Below, piece by piece: positions 24,501 through 37,475 of a DNA stretch of 49,933 nucleotides. A program made the translations under genes and the position numbers. Under the pieces are notes generated by a model, which was not told the origin of the DNA, did no database searches, and worked only from the letters and a program-made list of their open reading frames with translations. Positions within the stretch are counted from its first letter, which is position 1. Every line of letters starts with the position of its first letter. Source of the stretch: Octopus sinensis (Eukaryota). Location: positions 1-49,933 of the forward strand of contig NW_021834395.1 of assembly GCF_006345805.1 (NCBI RefSeq). The letters are read 5' to 3'.

Positions 24501-24757
24501 ATGGTCATTCGGAGACCGTTTCCGTGGACCGACTGAAGAAAGCATACTTTGAGACGTCTTCATCTTTTAATGACAACCTTGCCACACCCACCTATGCACC
24601 TTTAACAACACCTTCACCTGCACAGACACCTTTGCCTTCACCGGCTCCTACAACACCACCTTCGCCGTCAACGAGTGCCCCGAGCACACCGTATGTTACA
24701 AGATCGGGCAGAACAGTGCATTGGCCCAAGAAACTCTCAAAGACAATTTATATTTAA
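21527..24757 (+). pseudogene. pol: Gypsy Pol (protease-RT-RNaseH-integrase) with one in-frame TAG at 22793-22795
   Basis: VDTGS protease, YVDD RT, DASD RNaseH, HHCC and DDE integrase, GPF module. ORFs 21527..22795 and 22814..24757 are in the same frame. Confidence 0.95.
21557..21597 (+). other. -1 programmed ribosomal frameshift signal (G GGA AAC plus hairpin)
   Basis: Slippery heptamer 21557-21563, 7-nt spacer, 11-bp stem ggaggaggtga/tcaccttcttc with a 5-nt loop; pol is in the -1 frame. Confidence 0.85.
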
Positions 24758-24881
24758 CTTTCTTGTTTTTTGTATGACATTGTGTACCAAATCTTCTGTG
24801 GGGATCGGCAAGCCATCTGTTTTTCTGCAGCACCACTACAAATTTTCTTGTTTTCGTACTTCCGCACTCGAGGGGGAGCCA

Positions 24882-25300
24882 TGTAGTGATGCTACTGTGT
24901 AAGGTTCAGCGCGCATGCGCAGAATGGGACTACTTCCGGGTGGCCACCGGAAGTCTTCCCCATGCGCATGTGCGGGAAACAGACCCCTAAAGCACAAATC
25001 ACTCATTCACCTCCTCTGGCCATTTCAGCCTTCGTGAACAGACGTGCATTTGGTAGTCTCTGATAACTACACCGACTTAGCCGCGGACGACATCAAATCA
25101 CTTCAACCAACCAACAAGAAGCTGTACAACAGATCCGGCTGTCGTTTTCCCTTCAGAAATACGTACACCATCACGAATAATAAACTACACTGCTGTCTTT
25201 CCAAGATAACCTGACTTCGTCTGTTATATCTAACTAAATTGAATGTGACGGGATCGGATCGAACACCCCTTCAGTGATACCGATTCCAGATCCTGTTACA
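24882..25300 (+). repeat. Complete 3' LTR (419 bp)
   Basis: TGTAGT...GTTACA, follows the PPT and precedes the TSD. Confidence 0.95.
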
Positions 25301-25754
25301 CTTGCATACACGTATTCATTATTACTATTTTGTATGCTCTAATGGAATAAAAATGTCCCCCATAAATTTACACAGGTAAATATAATGTAAACACACATGC
25401 TCATTTCTTTCTGGCTCATAGCAATTATACATGTATTATGCCTTGTATATTAATTTAATTTGGAAGGTAGAAAAAAATTGTGTCTTTCTGATAATAAAAT
25501 ATTAGCCATTTATGGAATTACACTGAATTCATATAATAAATTTGCATCTTTAGAATGAATTGAAATTCACTTACTTTTTATACTTAAATAACTACCTTGC
25601 CTATTCAGATAGCATGTCCTTGAGATATACATTTATACACTTTATAGGCTATACATAAATATAAAATGCTAACTCACTTTTCGTATTTTAATATTTGATA
25701 GGTTGTAACTTTTGCATCCAAAACTGAAATAAATTGTAGGAAAAACCTTTCAAA

Positions 25755-26072
25755 ATGGAAGATTATTCTCTTAGATGTTGTCGCCCTCCAGGATTGCTGT
25801 CAATGCATCAACGAGAGTTTTGTACAAGGTGTTACAGAGTCAGAAGCAGTGATGAGCATTTGACATTCTCACTTTATGTCTGTGGCTATTGTGGTGAAAT
25901 ATATCGTCCAGAAGAGATTAGAATGGCATTAATATGTACCTCATGTTTACCTGAGTGTCGTCTTTACCCTATTCCTCTGCATCATTTGAGCAAAACTCAT
26001 TGTCAAAATGGAGTTTGTTGTGATCACTGTGGGAATCCTGTCGGTCATGATGAACAGCTTGACATGTTTTAA
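25755..26072 (+). CDS. Orphan 105-aa Cys/His-rich ORF with four CxxC pairs (putative zinc-binding protein)
   Basis: aaaATGG start, CTRC/CGYC/CTSC/CDHC, higher GC than flanks, tandem AATAAA ~85 nt after the stop; family not recognised. Confidence 0.45.
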   Translation: MEDYSLRCCRPPGLLSMHQREFCTRCYRVRSSDEHLTFSLYVCGYCGEIYRPEEIRMALICTSCLPECRLYPIPLHHLSKTHCQNGVCCDHCGNPVGHDEQLDMF

Positions 26073-28699
26073 ATTATATTTTTGTAATGGTAAGGATGAT
26101 ATTCTATGGAATATTGTAATTATATTTTATTTATCTGGACAATAGAAATATTGGAATAAATAAACCTTTCTCATATATTACATTATCTTTGAGTTTCCTT
26201 TCTTTTACAAAGTTTCTTAAATTATATGTAATAAAAAAGTTAAATGCAGATTTATCAAAAATTGTTTCATATTAAAAATGAAATTAAGTAATTGTCTCTT
26301 TATCCTTTCTTTTGAAAATTATAATTAAGTTATTGACATTTAATCAAAGTAATTATAGAGTAATATATTTCAGATTGGCAGACATCATGAACAAAATGCT
26401 TTGCAATAATAGTTATTTCACTTACATTCAGAGTTCAAATCCCACCAATATGAAACATACTCTCTCAATTAATATCAAAAATATATCGATAGAATGGGAT
26501 CTAGGAATATCTAGATCACTGTTCTTCAGCTGTTACAACAGCTGTTTTTCTAGGAGCTATATCTCTCAAAAATATTTTAGAGCAATGCTAGGTTTTCTTA
26601 CAAAGGATTAATGTATAAGCTCTTTGGTATGATATATAATTTTTCCAATAGGATGTGGGATAAATATAGATGTTTAACTAAATTAAGTCATTGTGTAGTT
26701 ATTTCAGAATTGGAAATTAAGAAATTGTATTCTATATTTTAATCTGTTGTATTTTATTTAAACATAATTTTGCTTATTCATAATGTATTGTTTTGAAACA
26801 TGATACAATCTTAACTACTGTACATGTATTTATAGAAATAATGAACATACAGATAAAACATCACGGCAGTGATTATATTCAGTAATATTGCAAAGGTAAC
26901 TTAGTCTGACAGTCATAATAAATGATATAAAAACTAAGTATTTGAGATAATTGTTTAAACAAATTGATATAATATTGGAAGCAAACTATTTCAACTCATA
27001 AGCAGGAAATACTGGAACAAAGTAATATTTAGAGTAACCTAGGTGAATATTTTGACAAAGTTTATAGAGTATTTCTTAATAATCTTCTTATTCCAGAGTC
27101 ATTCAATAATGGCCTTTTTGGTATTTAGGACGAGTCAGTTTCATGTCTTTATTGCTCACAAGGGCTTGCTTACTTCCTTTCCACAAGATGTTTGAAATGA
27201 AGTAATTGAAGATTATTTATTTAAAACAAACAAAACTTTCCTGACACAACTAATTTACATAATAAATAGAATACATATGGCTTTACAATCATATGAGTAC
27301 CAAGACAGTGTGATTATGAATAAAGATTATATCTATATGTATTTTGTCTCTCTGTTAAATTTGTCATACAGAGGAGAGAAAGCAACTGTTGAATGCTGAA
27401 AGTGTAATCATAGTTAAATTAGTGAGCAGAATCTTTTAATTAATCAAGCTTCTTGTTGAAGTGAGGAGAAGAAAGCACTGTCTCAATGGTTTAGGACACA
27501 TAGGGGCAAATACTCCAAAATTTCAATTAAAATTATAATTACCCATGTGATGAAATGAGAAAAAAACATCCAATTTGGCAAGCAACTCCAGATATGGTTC
27601 AGTCTGTGATGTTGTGAGCTGAGATAGTAAGTGGAGGTAGCTAGCTAGGATGATGAACAGAAGTAGCTCTTGGAGGAGGTTGACAGAAAGTGCCTTTAAA
27701 CTGGAAGGAGTAAATTCACATGAGTAAGGCAGGCAGAGTGATTTCTCCATAACTGTAGATAGACATACATTTAATCCACTTGTTCATGATGGAACCCTGT
27801 GCTTTCTTCTACACAAGCATCATAGAGTCTTGATGTTGAAGAACCACGGCTAAGAAAAGGATTAAATAATTTTCTGCTGTTCACCTACTTCCACGCAAGC
27901 CATTTTAACCAGGAAATTATGTTGGGCAAGGAAACGATAAAACTATTTAGTGGTCAGGGAGACGTTGCAACAAGGGTGACAAAAATAAGGCTGATTGTGA
28001 TGTGGCAAGTTTTATGCCATTGTATTTATAGAGAATGGTGTTGGCTCTACATTTAAAGATGAGCAAAGCCCAGCAAGATGCAGAAAAAACAGAAACCAAG
28101 CTAGAGGAAGATTTTACAGCCTACAGCACGTGTTTCCAAATGAGATAATCTCTCAGTCTCTCAACAAACAAACAGCTTGGGCATATTTATGAGGAGAATT
28201 GGAAACAAATCACTGGATAAATGATACCCTTGTTTACAAAGATTGTGCAACATGTCAAAGTGAGTCAAAATGCTTGGACATGCTTTCATGATAGGATGCA
28301 AGCAAATAACATCATTAACAAAGCCACTGTTTACAATCAGTGAATGATCATGCTTTAACAAGAAAATATGAACTTAGTCACACAAAGACGCAACAATGTC
28401 ATTAAAATGTGCTGAAATCTTTATGATCTTCAGTCAACAGCTAATGAGAAGAAATTGATAATCATGTATATTTTTTTTCTTGACTGATACATTTCTACCT
28501 GTTCTATGTACTTAATTTTTCTTTTATTTGATTGTAACGTATGCTGTTCCATCATCTTGCTCTATAAAAATATATATATTGTCTTCATATTAATTCTGTT
28601 GTTTCCTTTCTTAGAGTCTAAAAAAAATTATTTGAAATCTAAATGGGTAATCAGATTGCTTCATTTATATTATTCTATTAAATGTTCCTATGTTAATCA

Positions 28700-28927
28700 C
28701 TTTCAGATAACTGGATGATTTGCTGCTCTTTAAAATCTGCTCAATGTCAGAATTTCTTTTGCATGCTCGACTAGTATGTATTACTCTCTTTATGCATCTT
28801 TTCTGAGGTGACAGTCATTTTCTGTGTATGTGTGTGCACTTCTGTATATTAAAAATAAAATATGGGGTGCACACACATACACATTGAGCAGACTTTAAAT
28901 AGCAGCAAATCATCCAGTAATCTAAAG
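28700..28927. repeat. Nested inverted repeat (hairpin)
   Basis: 28700-28747 pairs with 28881-28927; inner perfect 17-bp stem 28823-28839 / 28867-28883. Confidence 0.8.
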
Positions 28928-28941
28928 AGGACATATAATCA

Positions 28942-29678
28942 GATAATATATATTTTATAATATATTATTATTAAAATCAGGAAATCAATATTAGAAAATT
29001 CTTCAGAAAGATATATACTTGTTTAAAATAATTGTTGTATTAAAAATATAAATATATGTAAATATGTATAAGTATAAATATATAATGTATATGACAGTTT
29101 AAATGATTTGAATTAAGTTTTTAAAGCATCTTACAATCGTTTCACAGAAGTGCTGTCCCTGTAATGGAATTCTATATTGATAAGCATTTATAGACAAGTC
29201 TTCAGCTCTTCAGAGATATAAAATTTGAATTTTGTATAATATATTGAATGGTAGTTTTTTAAAAATTTGAAGTAATACTATAAAATGGTGTTTGTTTGAA
29301 ATATAAATAAAAAATTTTAAATGTCTGCTTTTGATTTTGGTAAGTACACTTTAGTATGAGAATCTTGAAATTCATATATGCCTCCTTGGTAATTCTTCTG
29401 TAGCAATCCATAATAATTATGTATAAAATCCATTATATTGTCCTGTATGCCAAATATTGGACTTCTGTGAAACGATCGTAAGATGCTTTAAAAACTTAAT
29501 TCAAATCTTTTAAACTGTCATATACATTATATATTTATACTTATACATATTTACATATATTTATATATATTTATATTTTTAATACAACAATTATTTTAAA
29601 CATGTATATATCTTTCTGAAGAATTTTCTAATATTGATTTCCTGATATTAATAATAATATCATAAAATATATATAATC
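28942..29678. repeat. Inverted repeat, ~210-bp arms (28942-29151 vs 29461-29678), probably an old Penelope-like terminal-repeat remnant
   Basis: Arms align by eye with few changes; the left arm overlaps a hammerhead-like motif. Confidence 0.8.
29128..29217 (-). ncRNA. Degenerate type I hammerhead ribozyme motif
   Basis: atct-CTGAAGA-gctgaag...cttctgt-GAAA-c-gatt-GTA-agat; stem I only 4-5 bp; the mirror arm retains GAAACGATCGTA. Confidence 0.5.
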
Positions 29679-32239
29679 GCTCATATTAAATACATAAATA
29701 CTTTAATAGTATTATTAATATTTTGATACAATACAGCACTCAATATAAATTCAGCATATAATATTCTCATTGAATATATTTAACTAAGGATTTATATAAT
29801 CAGATAATATAAACAAAGTAAAGTGATTACCCAAATTATCAAACAGATTTCAATAATTAATTGTTTTTGTACTGTATTACCAATGCCAAAAGAAAAGAAA
29901 CAACAGAATTAATATACAAAGACAAAATACATTTTAATCTTTTCTATTGTTCCACCACTGCTACAGTAGCTTGCACTCCTCAGAGCCGGCTGATCTCACA
30001 CTATCTGCACTCAGATACATTTGATTCACTCATCTTACCTCCTCTTTTCATCTTTACCATCTCCAGTTCTCTGGTCTCCACACTACTCACTATGCCTTGT
30101 TCTTTCTCCCAACATCAGTTCTCATGAACCCTAACACTGTTGCCATTGACTTTTAACAGTTCACCAAGAATACTAATATGTCAATTTCACCAAAACTCAA
30201 TGACTCTGAAAAGATATAACCCTTTCCTTTAAACTAAAAAAACAAAACAAAATACATTTAAAAATATGTTTCTAGTACAGAATCTTGAAATCTACCACAA
30301 GTATTTTTGTAACACATTTTTGTTCGGGAAATTATACTAAAATTGGCAACAGACCACAAATTTATAAGATTGAATCAACAACAAATATATTATAAATACA
30401 TATTTTATTGACTTGACGGGATAAAAGACAAATTTGATCCACACAGGATTTGTTCTCAAAACTGGATGTAGGCAATTACAAGTGTAATCAGTATTTTACA
30501 GTATCTACAAACTCTTCCATTCTTATAGGAATAAGAGAAAAAAATGCATTGAAAAGAAGTGCTCCATACTTCTTGTCCATTAGATGACCATCAAGTTTAA
30601 GATATACATAATACTAACAGAACAGTAACCAGGGAATGATATATTTTTTGCAGCCAGTTTGAAGAAAATAATTCAGGAGAGAATCTAAGGATATAACCTT
30701 GTGTTTGATTTGTACGCATGGTTATATTGTTGCTAAGATTGAACTAAAAAGTGGCAATATCTGAGAACGATCAGGCAACAAACCATACAGGTAATGTGTG
30801 GAAGGGAAACAAGAGAGATTTCTATAAAGAAGAATAGCAATAGGTGGTATGAAAGGTACTGATGGAATAAAGTGTTGTGATATGATGTTAGTTACAAATT
30901 CCAGCGAAACCTTTCCAAAAATGCCTTCTCTTTGTCTTTGTATAAGAGACAAACATTTACAATCTCTTGTCAGATCAAGAAATGCAATATTAGGAAAATC
31001 AGATTGTGAACAAAATTTAATGCATTCTTCAGGTATCTGTAAAAATGAAATGGTGACTAACTTAAGGAAAACGAAAAAAAAATTATAATTGAAGGGAAAT
31101 AACTATCAGCTATTTAAGCAAAATTAATTACCTCCCTGGAAACTCCATTTCCATTATTGAGAAAATATAACCTGATAATCGCTGGTAAACAATTTTAAAA
31201 GGTATAAATAGATATGAGCTTTCTTATAAGTTAAGATTGATCTTCTAATAAAATCTGCAACAGAGACTTTAACAAGAGACTCACTTAATGAAAAAAAAGG
31301 AAAAGAAAATTTCATGGGATCATGTATAAAATTCTAGTAAACTCGACTTGTTAGAAACAACAGTTTAAATCTCACTCAGATCAGCCCTGGTGCCTTAAAT
31401 AAAGAAGTATACATGTGATTCATGTTAAAACAGTATGGTCACTTTTAACCATACTGCATCATCAACTGGGACTAACCTGAAGTTAAACAACAACAAAGAA
31501 ACGATTAAAAAAACATTACACATTTCCTCGGTGTGTAGAATAATAAAATAAAATCCTGACTTTTAATATCAGTAGCTCTCAATCCATTTATGGCTCAAGG
31601 GATATTTTATCAGAATATGCTCCCTTTTTGAGTATTTGTGTTGACTGATGCCTCCCCTTGTGTTAATTTTTATGGAAATTACTGAAGAAAGTGAAGACTT
31701 GTATAATGAAATTAAGTCATGTTTCTTCTCACTGATATATATATTTATATTTTAACACCAACAAGAAGTTTTTAAAAATTTGTTTAAAATATAATTATTT
31801 TACCTGGTTTAAAATTGTTTATTTCTAAGAAGAGAAAAAAATCTATAAATAGCACTTCCTTGTGAACTATCAAAAGGTTAACTTCTGTTTTGTCTGCAAT
31901 TTCTTTAGAGAGCATAAGGAAAAACCCAAATATATATATTTATGAGATTTTATACAGTACACTGACCTTCCTTTTAAGAACCAGAAAATTAGTTGTCTTC
32001 AACAATTAACTTTTGAACAATCTCAGGTGAGAGCCACAAGAAAGTACTGTCCAAGCATCACAACATCTTGGAAAGTGCTATTGTTCCCCCCACCCCACCC
32101 CACAGACAGAGGAATTCTTGACCACATGCATTCAACTGACTGGCAAAATGCTCCAATCTATGTGTTGCACTCTCTGCTTTTTCTACAGCTATTATAAAGG
32201 CCTTTATTCCTTGAAGCTACTTGGTCTTGCATTATATCC

Positions 32240-32440
32240 ACTTGAGTATATGCTTAACACACTCATCCTCTCCCAAATACTTTTCTCACCACCTCAGGCT
32301 AGGCACAGACAACTATGTTCAGTTCTTCCTCCCCAGAACTTCACCCTCTGGAATTCCCTTTCAGTAGATGCCCTTACAGCAGCTGCTAAGTTGCAGATGT
32401 TTAAAGGAAATGCTGACCTCATTGATATTGATATACTTAT
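32240..32440 (+). mobile_element. Old LINE ORF2 3' end (CR1/L2/Jockey-like)
   Basis: FF.PRT / TLWNSL....LQMFK terminal motif. Confidence 0.45.
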
Positions 32441-32669
32441 GTTACCAAAATATCTATGAAGGCTCTAGTTATAACCACTTCCTTCAGATCAAAGACAATC
32501 CCCACCCTGCCGAAAACACAAAACACAAAAACCCAACAAGTTTACTTTGTTTTTGTTGTTGTTTTTATTTGTCTTGTTCCACCCAAGGATAAAACAGAGC
32601 TGAAAACTTGAAACAAAAAAAAAAACATACTACATAGCAGTCATAATTCCTGCAGCAGATTTAATAATG

Positions 32670-32740
<71 letters not shown>

Positions 32741-32741
<1 letters not shown>

Positions 32742-33345
32742 CGGCATTACAATATCAAAACTGCCGACAAGTGGTATAATCACCACCCTGAAGCTGTAAC
32801 TGAAGGAGAAACTGTAACGATTCTGTGGGACTTTCCAGTACATACAGACCGAACCATCAAGGCCAATAAACCAGATATTGTTGTGAAAGACCAAAACAAT
32901 AAAGTTTGCTTATTGATCGACATGAGCATCGCCTGTGATCATAATATCTCAGCGAAAGAGTTTGACAAGCTCAGAAAATATAAAGACCTGCTTATTGAAA
33001 TTGAGAAAATGTGGCATCTCAAGGCGGTTACAATACCAGTGATCGTAGGAGCACTAGGAATGATCAAGAAGGGAACCGAAAATTATATGAGAATGATCCC
33101 TGGCTTACCATCCCTGCAAGAAGTGCAAAAGATTATCTTAACTGGTACATCACACGTATTGAGAAGAGCATTGTCGATGTGAGAATTACCCATGTATTTT
33201 AATTTAACTTTAAAAAAAAAAATGAACGAACTAGTGAGTTTAGTTTAATGGCCTACCAATGTATACTATGAGTTTCTTTGCCCTAGGAGTCGGGAAGACA
33301 CTCGGCAAGAAATGGAAGCAAATTTGAAAGGAGAGGAAAAAAAGA
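32741..33345 (+). mobile_element. 5'-truncated R4/Dong-clade LINE (REL endonuclease, 3'UTR, TAA/CAA tail)
   Basis: KWY.H.PE.V.E.E...ILWDFP.HTDRTIKANKPDIVVKD....C.LID...K..KYKDL.IEI.KMW..K..IP.IVGALG...; begins right after (TAA)n(GAA)n. Confidence 0.92.
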
Positions 33346-33994
33346 TAATAATAATAATAACAACAAAAACAACAACAATAATGATGACGTAGATGAAAAT
33401 GATAATGATGATGAAGAACTGCTTACCATAGCTCCATAGTAGGGGTGTAGGTAAGGTTTTATACAGTTCTATGAAATGGAAGAGTTCAAAACAATGTTTA
33501 AGTATGCTGCGTGAACAAATGCTTGCATCACTACTGCATATAAAGACAGAAGCAACAAGATTCAATTTGGTGATGGTAGTGGTGGTGGAGAAGAGGTATA
33601 AATATGATTGTTTCTGTGTAGATTTTGTTTGGATACAAACAAGGAGCAAGGGATCATATATACATGTATATGTATGAATATATGTCTATATGTACACATA
33701 CACACACACACACGTGTGTATGTAGATATTGTATATATGTATGTATATATATGAGTGTGTGTGTGTGTATGTGTGTACATATATACACACACACTCATAC
33801 ATATATGTGTATATACACTCACACTCACATGCATATATATATATACACACATAAGAATATTCGCAAACACATGCATTTTCCACTAACCTTTACATATATG
33901 TACATGTACGTATATTTATCCTTATGATATTTGTAAACATGGGCACATTTCACATATTCCATACAGGCAGATATACATATATATATGTACACAC

Positions 33995-34063
<69 letters not shown>

Positions 34064-34203
34064 CAAACATATATAAATAGATATATGTACATACATAAAA
34101 ATATATATACAAACATAAATATATAAATAGATATATATATATATATACTTACATACAAAAAAATATATATACATACATACATATATGTGTGTATATATAT
34201 ATA

Positions 34204-34256
<53 letters not shown>

Positions 34257-34317
34257 TATATATATACATACATACATATATACATACATCCATATATATA
34301 TATATATATATATATGT

Positions 34318-34705
34318 GGAGGCACAATGGCCCAGTGGTTAGGGCAGCGGACTCACGGTCGTAGGATCGCGGTTTCGATTCCCAGACCGGGCGTTGTGAG
34401 TGTTTATTGAGTGAAAACACCTAAAATCTCCACGAGGCTCCGGCAGGGATGTTGGTGATCCCTGCTGTACTCTTTCCCCACAACTTTCTCTCACTCTTAC
34501 TTCCTGTTTCTGTTGTACCTGTATTTCAAAGGGCCGGCCTTGTCACTCTCTGTGTCACGCTGAATATCCCCAAGAACTACGTTAAGGGTACACGTGTCTG
34601 TGGAGTGCTCAGCCACTCACACGTTAATTTCACGAGCAGGCTGTTCCATTGATCGTATCAACCGGAACCCTCGTCGTGGTAACCGACGGAGTGCTTCCAT
34701 CCCAT
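34318..34705 (+). mobile_element. tRNA-derived SINE with Pol III A/B boxes and a probable Deu/Nin-type core
   Basis: A box TGGCCCAGTGG (34328-34338), B box GGTTTCGATTCC (34371-34382), core gtgctcagccac..acgttaatttcacgagcaggctgttcc. Core-domain naming is from memory. Confidence 0.8.
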
Positions 34706-34875
34706 ATATATATATATATATATATATACATACACATACATATATATATGTTATATATATATGAGTATATATATGTATGTGTATATATAAATATATATAT
34801 ATACATACATACACATACATATATATATATATATGTTATATATATATATGAGTATATATATGTGTGTGTGTATAA

Positions 34876-34911
<36 letters not shown>

Positions 34912-34934
34912 ATAATGTATATATGAATATATCT

Positions 34935-37145
34935 ATATATATAATGTCTGAAACTTAGCCAGTTTATGTCAACAGTGCAAGCTATATGCACTAAATATAT
35001 CTCAGAAAGAAAGGCCAGTGTACTGTCAAACAAGATTCCCAGGGACAGAAAAATCCTCATGAGATGCAGGTCAAAGATCTCGAAGCAGCTGAATAGGCAA
35101 CTGAAGGATAGAGAGAAGTCCATCTTAACAAGGATGCTCCTAGAAACTGAAAGCAACATCAAACTCTCTCATGAAAGGGAAAGAGCAGAGAGAGGGAAAA
35201 GGGCTGTGGAAAGCATAAAAACAAATCCCAAAGCTTTCTATAAATTCACAAAGGAAACAGCCACAATAAAATATAATATAGGACCAATGTTCCAAGGGAA
35301 TGACTCACTGATGGAGGAACCAGGAAGAATAAGTGAGAGACTCAGTGAACAATTTAAAAGTGTCTTCATTTCTCCCTTGGACACATGCAGATACAAATCC
35401 AGCTGAATTCTTTGATATTGTAGCTCTAAAAAAAGGAGGTGCCAGCCATTGATTACATCAACATCGAGAAAACAGATGTAAGAGTGGCCATAGATGAAAT
35501 GAGCTCATGCTCTGCCACTGTTCCTGATGGTTTCCCAGCTATTCTCCTAAAGTCATGTAAGCAGGCTTTAGCAAAACCACTTCAGATACTTTTCCAAAGT
35601 TTCCTTGCAAGTAGTATACTTCTTAAAAAGCCGAAAGAAGGTATTATATGCCCTATCCACAAAGATGGAAGCAGAGCAGAGGCCAAAAAATACAAGCTAA
35701 TCTATTTGACTTCACATATCAGTAAAGTCATGGAGCAAATCATCAGAAAGAAGTTGATAATGATGATGATGACCTACTGAACAATACTCAGCATGGCTTC
35801 CATCTAGGAAGAAGCTGCTTCACACCACCCCTACAGCACTATGACTGGGTTTTGAAAAGCAACTTGACCACTCAGATATCAGTGTGATATACTTTGACTT
35901 TGCAAAGACATTTGATAAGGTAGATCATGGCATAATAAGTCATAATCTACGAGACCTTGGCATTGCTGGTAAACTGGGAAAGTGGCTGCATGACTTCCTT
36001 AGAAACAGAAGTCAGGTAGTTGCAGCCATTGGCGCCCTTTCTGAGGAAACTCAAATCCTAAGTGGTGTTCCCCAGGGAACTGTTCAGGGGCCATTACTGT
36101 TCATAATAGCCCTCTTACACATGCCCACAGTCACTCAGACAACCACTGTCACTAGCTATGCTGATGATAGAAAATTATCACAGGCAATAAAAAAAACCAA
36201 GATGATGTCACAAGCTTACAGCAGGACCTAAACTCAATATACAAGCGGGCCGAAATAAACGTGCAGTTTAATGATGGAAAATTTCAAGCAAAGCACAATC
36301 AACTCACAAATACAGTACAATCTACATTTACAGGACCTGAAGGCACTACAATCCCAGAGTCACAGGCAGTGAAAGACTTGGGGATCAGTATGTACAATGA
36401 CGCATCATTTCATATGCACATAAGCAAGATGGCAGCAAAGTGCAGACAACTGGCAGGGTGGATACTGAGGTCCTTCAAGACAAGAGATCAAGGAAATATG
36501 TTGACCCTGTGGAGAACCTTTGTTCTCAGCTGCCTAGACTACTGCTCCCAGTTATGGTCACCACATAGTGCCAAACTAACATTGGAGCTTGAAGGAGTCC
36601 AATGCCACTACACAAAAAAGATTGAAATAGTGCAGCAGATGAGCTTCAGGCTGAAAAAACTACAGCTTTACTTCCTGGAGTGAAGGCATGAGAGATATGC
36701 AATAATATACATATGGAAAATCCTAGAAGGGCTACTTAACTTTGGTATTAAGTGTTATACAAATGCCAGAACTGGTCACACTTGTATAGTACCAAAGGTA
36801 CCATCCACTCCATCAAAATTCAGGAGCAGGTATTGCAATAGTCTAGAGTTCAAAGGTCCAACAGATCTTCAATGCCCTGCCAAGGTGGAAGTAGATGTCT
36901 TCAAAAAAAACGAACCAGACATCCTTCTCTCCACAATACTGGATGAGCCAACAGCCCAACATGAAGTACAGATGAGGACAGTGGAACCAAACTCCATTAT
37001 ACACCAAATGTACTAACAGCTGGGACAAAGACACATACAAGAGTGGTGATGTGAAACACCAAGACCGAGGAAGTCAGAAAGACCATGGCGGTGCTCCAGT
37101 ATGACCCAGGCTGCATGGCTGAAATGAGTAAAAATGTAAAAGAGT
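34935..37145 (+). mobile_element. Decayed CR1-group LINE (ORF2 RT and 3'UTR)
   Basis: NPKAFYKF, DFAKTFDKVDH, GVPQGTVQGPLLF, YADDRK, LDYCSQLWSP across frameshifted ORFs. Confidence 0.92.
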
Positions 37146-37199
37146 GTATATATAATGTATAAAATGTATGTATATATAATATATATATATATATAATAT

Positions 37200-37247
<48 letters not shown>

Positions 37248-37269
37248 ATGTATATATATATATATAATT

Positions 37270-37310
<41 letters not shown>

Positions 37311-37442
37311 GCATATACATATATATATATATTTATGTATATATATATATATATATATTTATGTATATATATATATATTATATATATTTATGTATATATA
37401 TATATATATTTAGTATATATATATTATATATATATATTTATG

Positions 37443-37475
<33 letters not shown>

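Larger units (their letters stand above)
20463..25300 (+). mobile_element. Near full-length Ty3/gypsy LTR retrotransposon, young but defective
   Basis: TG..CA termini, 4-bp TSD CTTG (20459-20462 and 25301-25304), PPT agggggagcca at 24871-24881, gag plus PR-RT-RH-INT order. Confidence 0.97.

Noticed and set aside
20684-24508. Antisense and alternate-frame ORFs over the gypsy element (and likewise over other TEs and SINEs)
   Set aside because: Shadow ORFs of retroelement coding sequence or SINE bodies with no independent motifs.
26055-26069. C-terminal QLDMF resembling a bacterial beta-clamp motif, and a loose Churchill-like CxxC..E.TFS..CxxCG pattern in the same ORF
   Set aside because: Eukaryotic context; short motifs are likely chance matches and the domain order differs from Churchill.
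27523-28330. Open frames with plausible splice sites (27523-27750 minus; ~27825-28055 plus)
   Set aside because: No recognisable protein motif and no consistent exon chain.
30480-31090. Short protein-like frames (minus ~30490-30615; ORF 30849-31088)
   Set aside because: No homology recognised; weak splice or start support.
34318-34390. tRNA-like sequence
   Set aside because: A and B boxes are present, but there is no matching acceptor stem and it continues into a SINE body.
37050-37082. GAAAC...GTC motif in a LINE 3'UTR
   Set aside because: No upstream CUGANGA or stem I.
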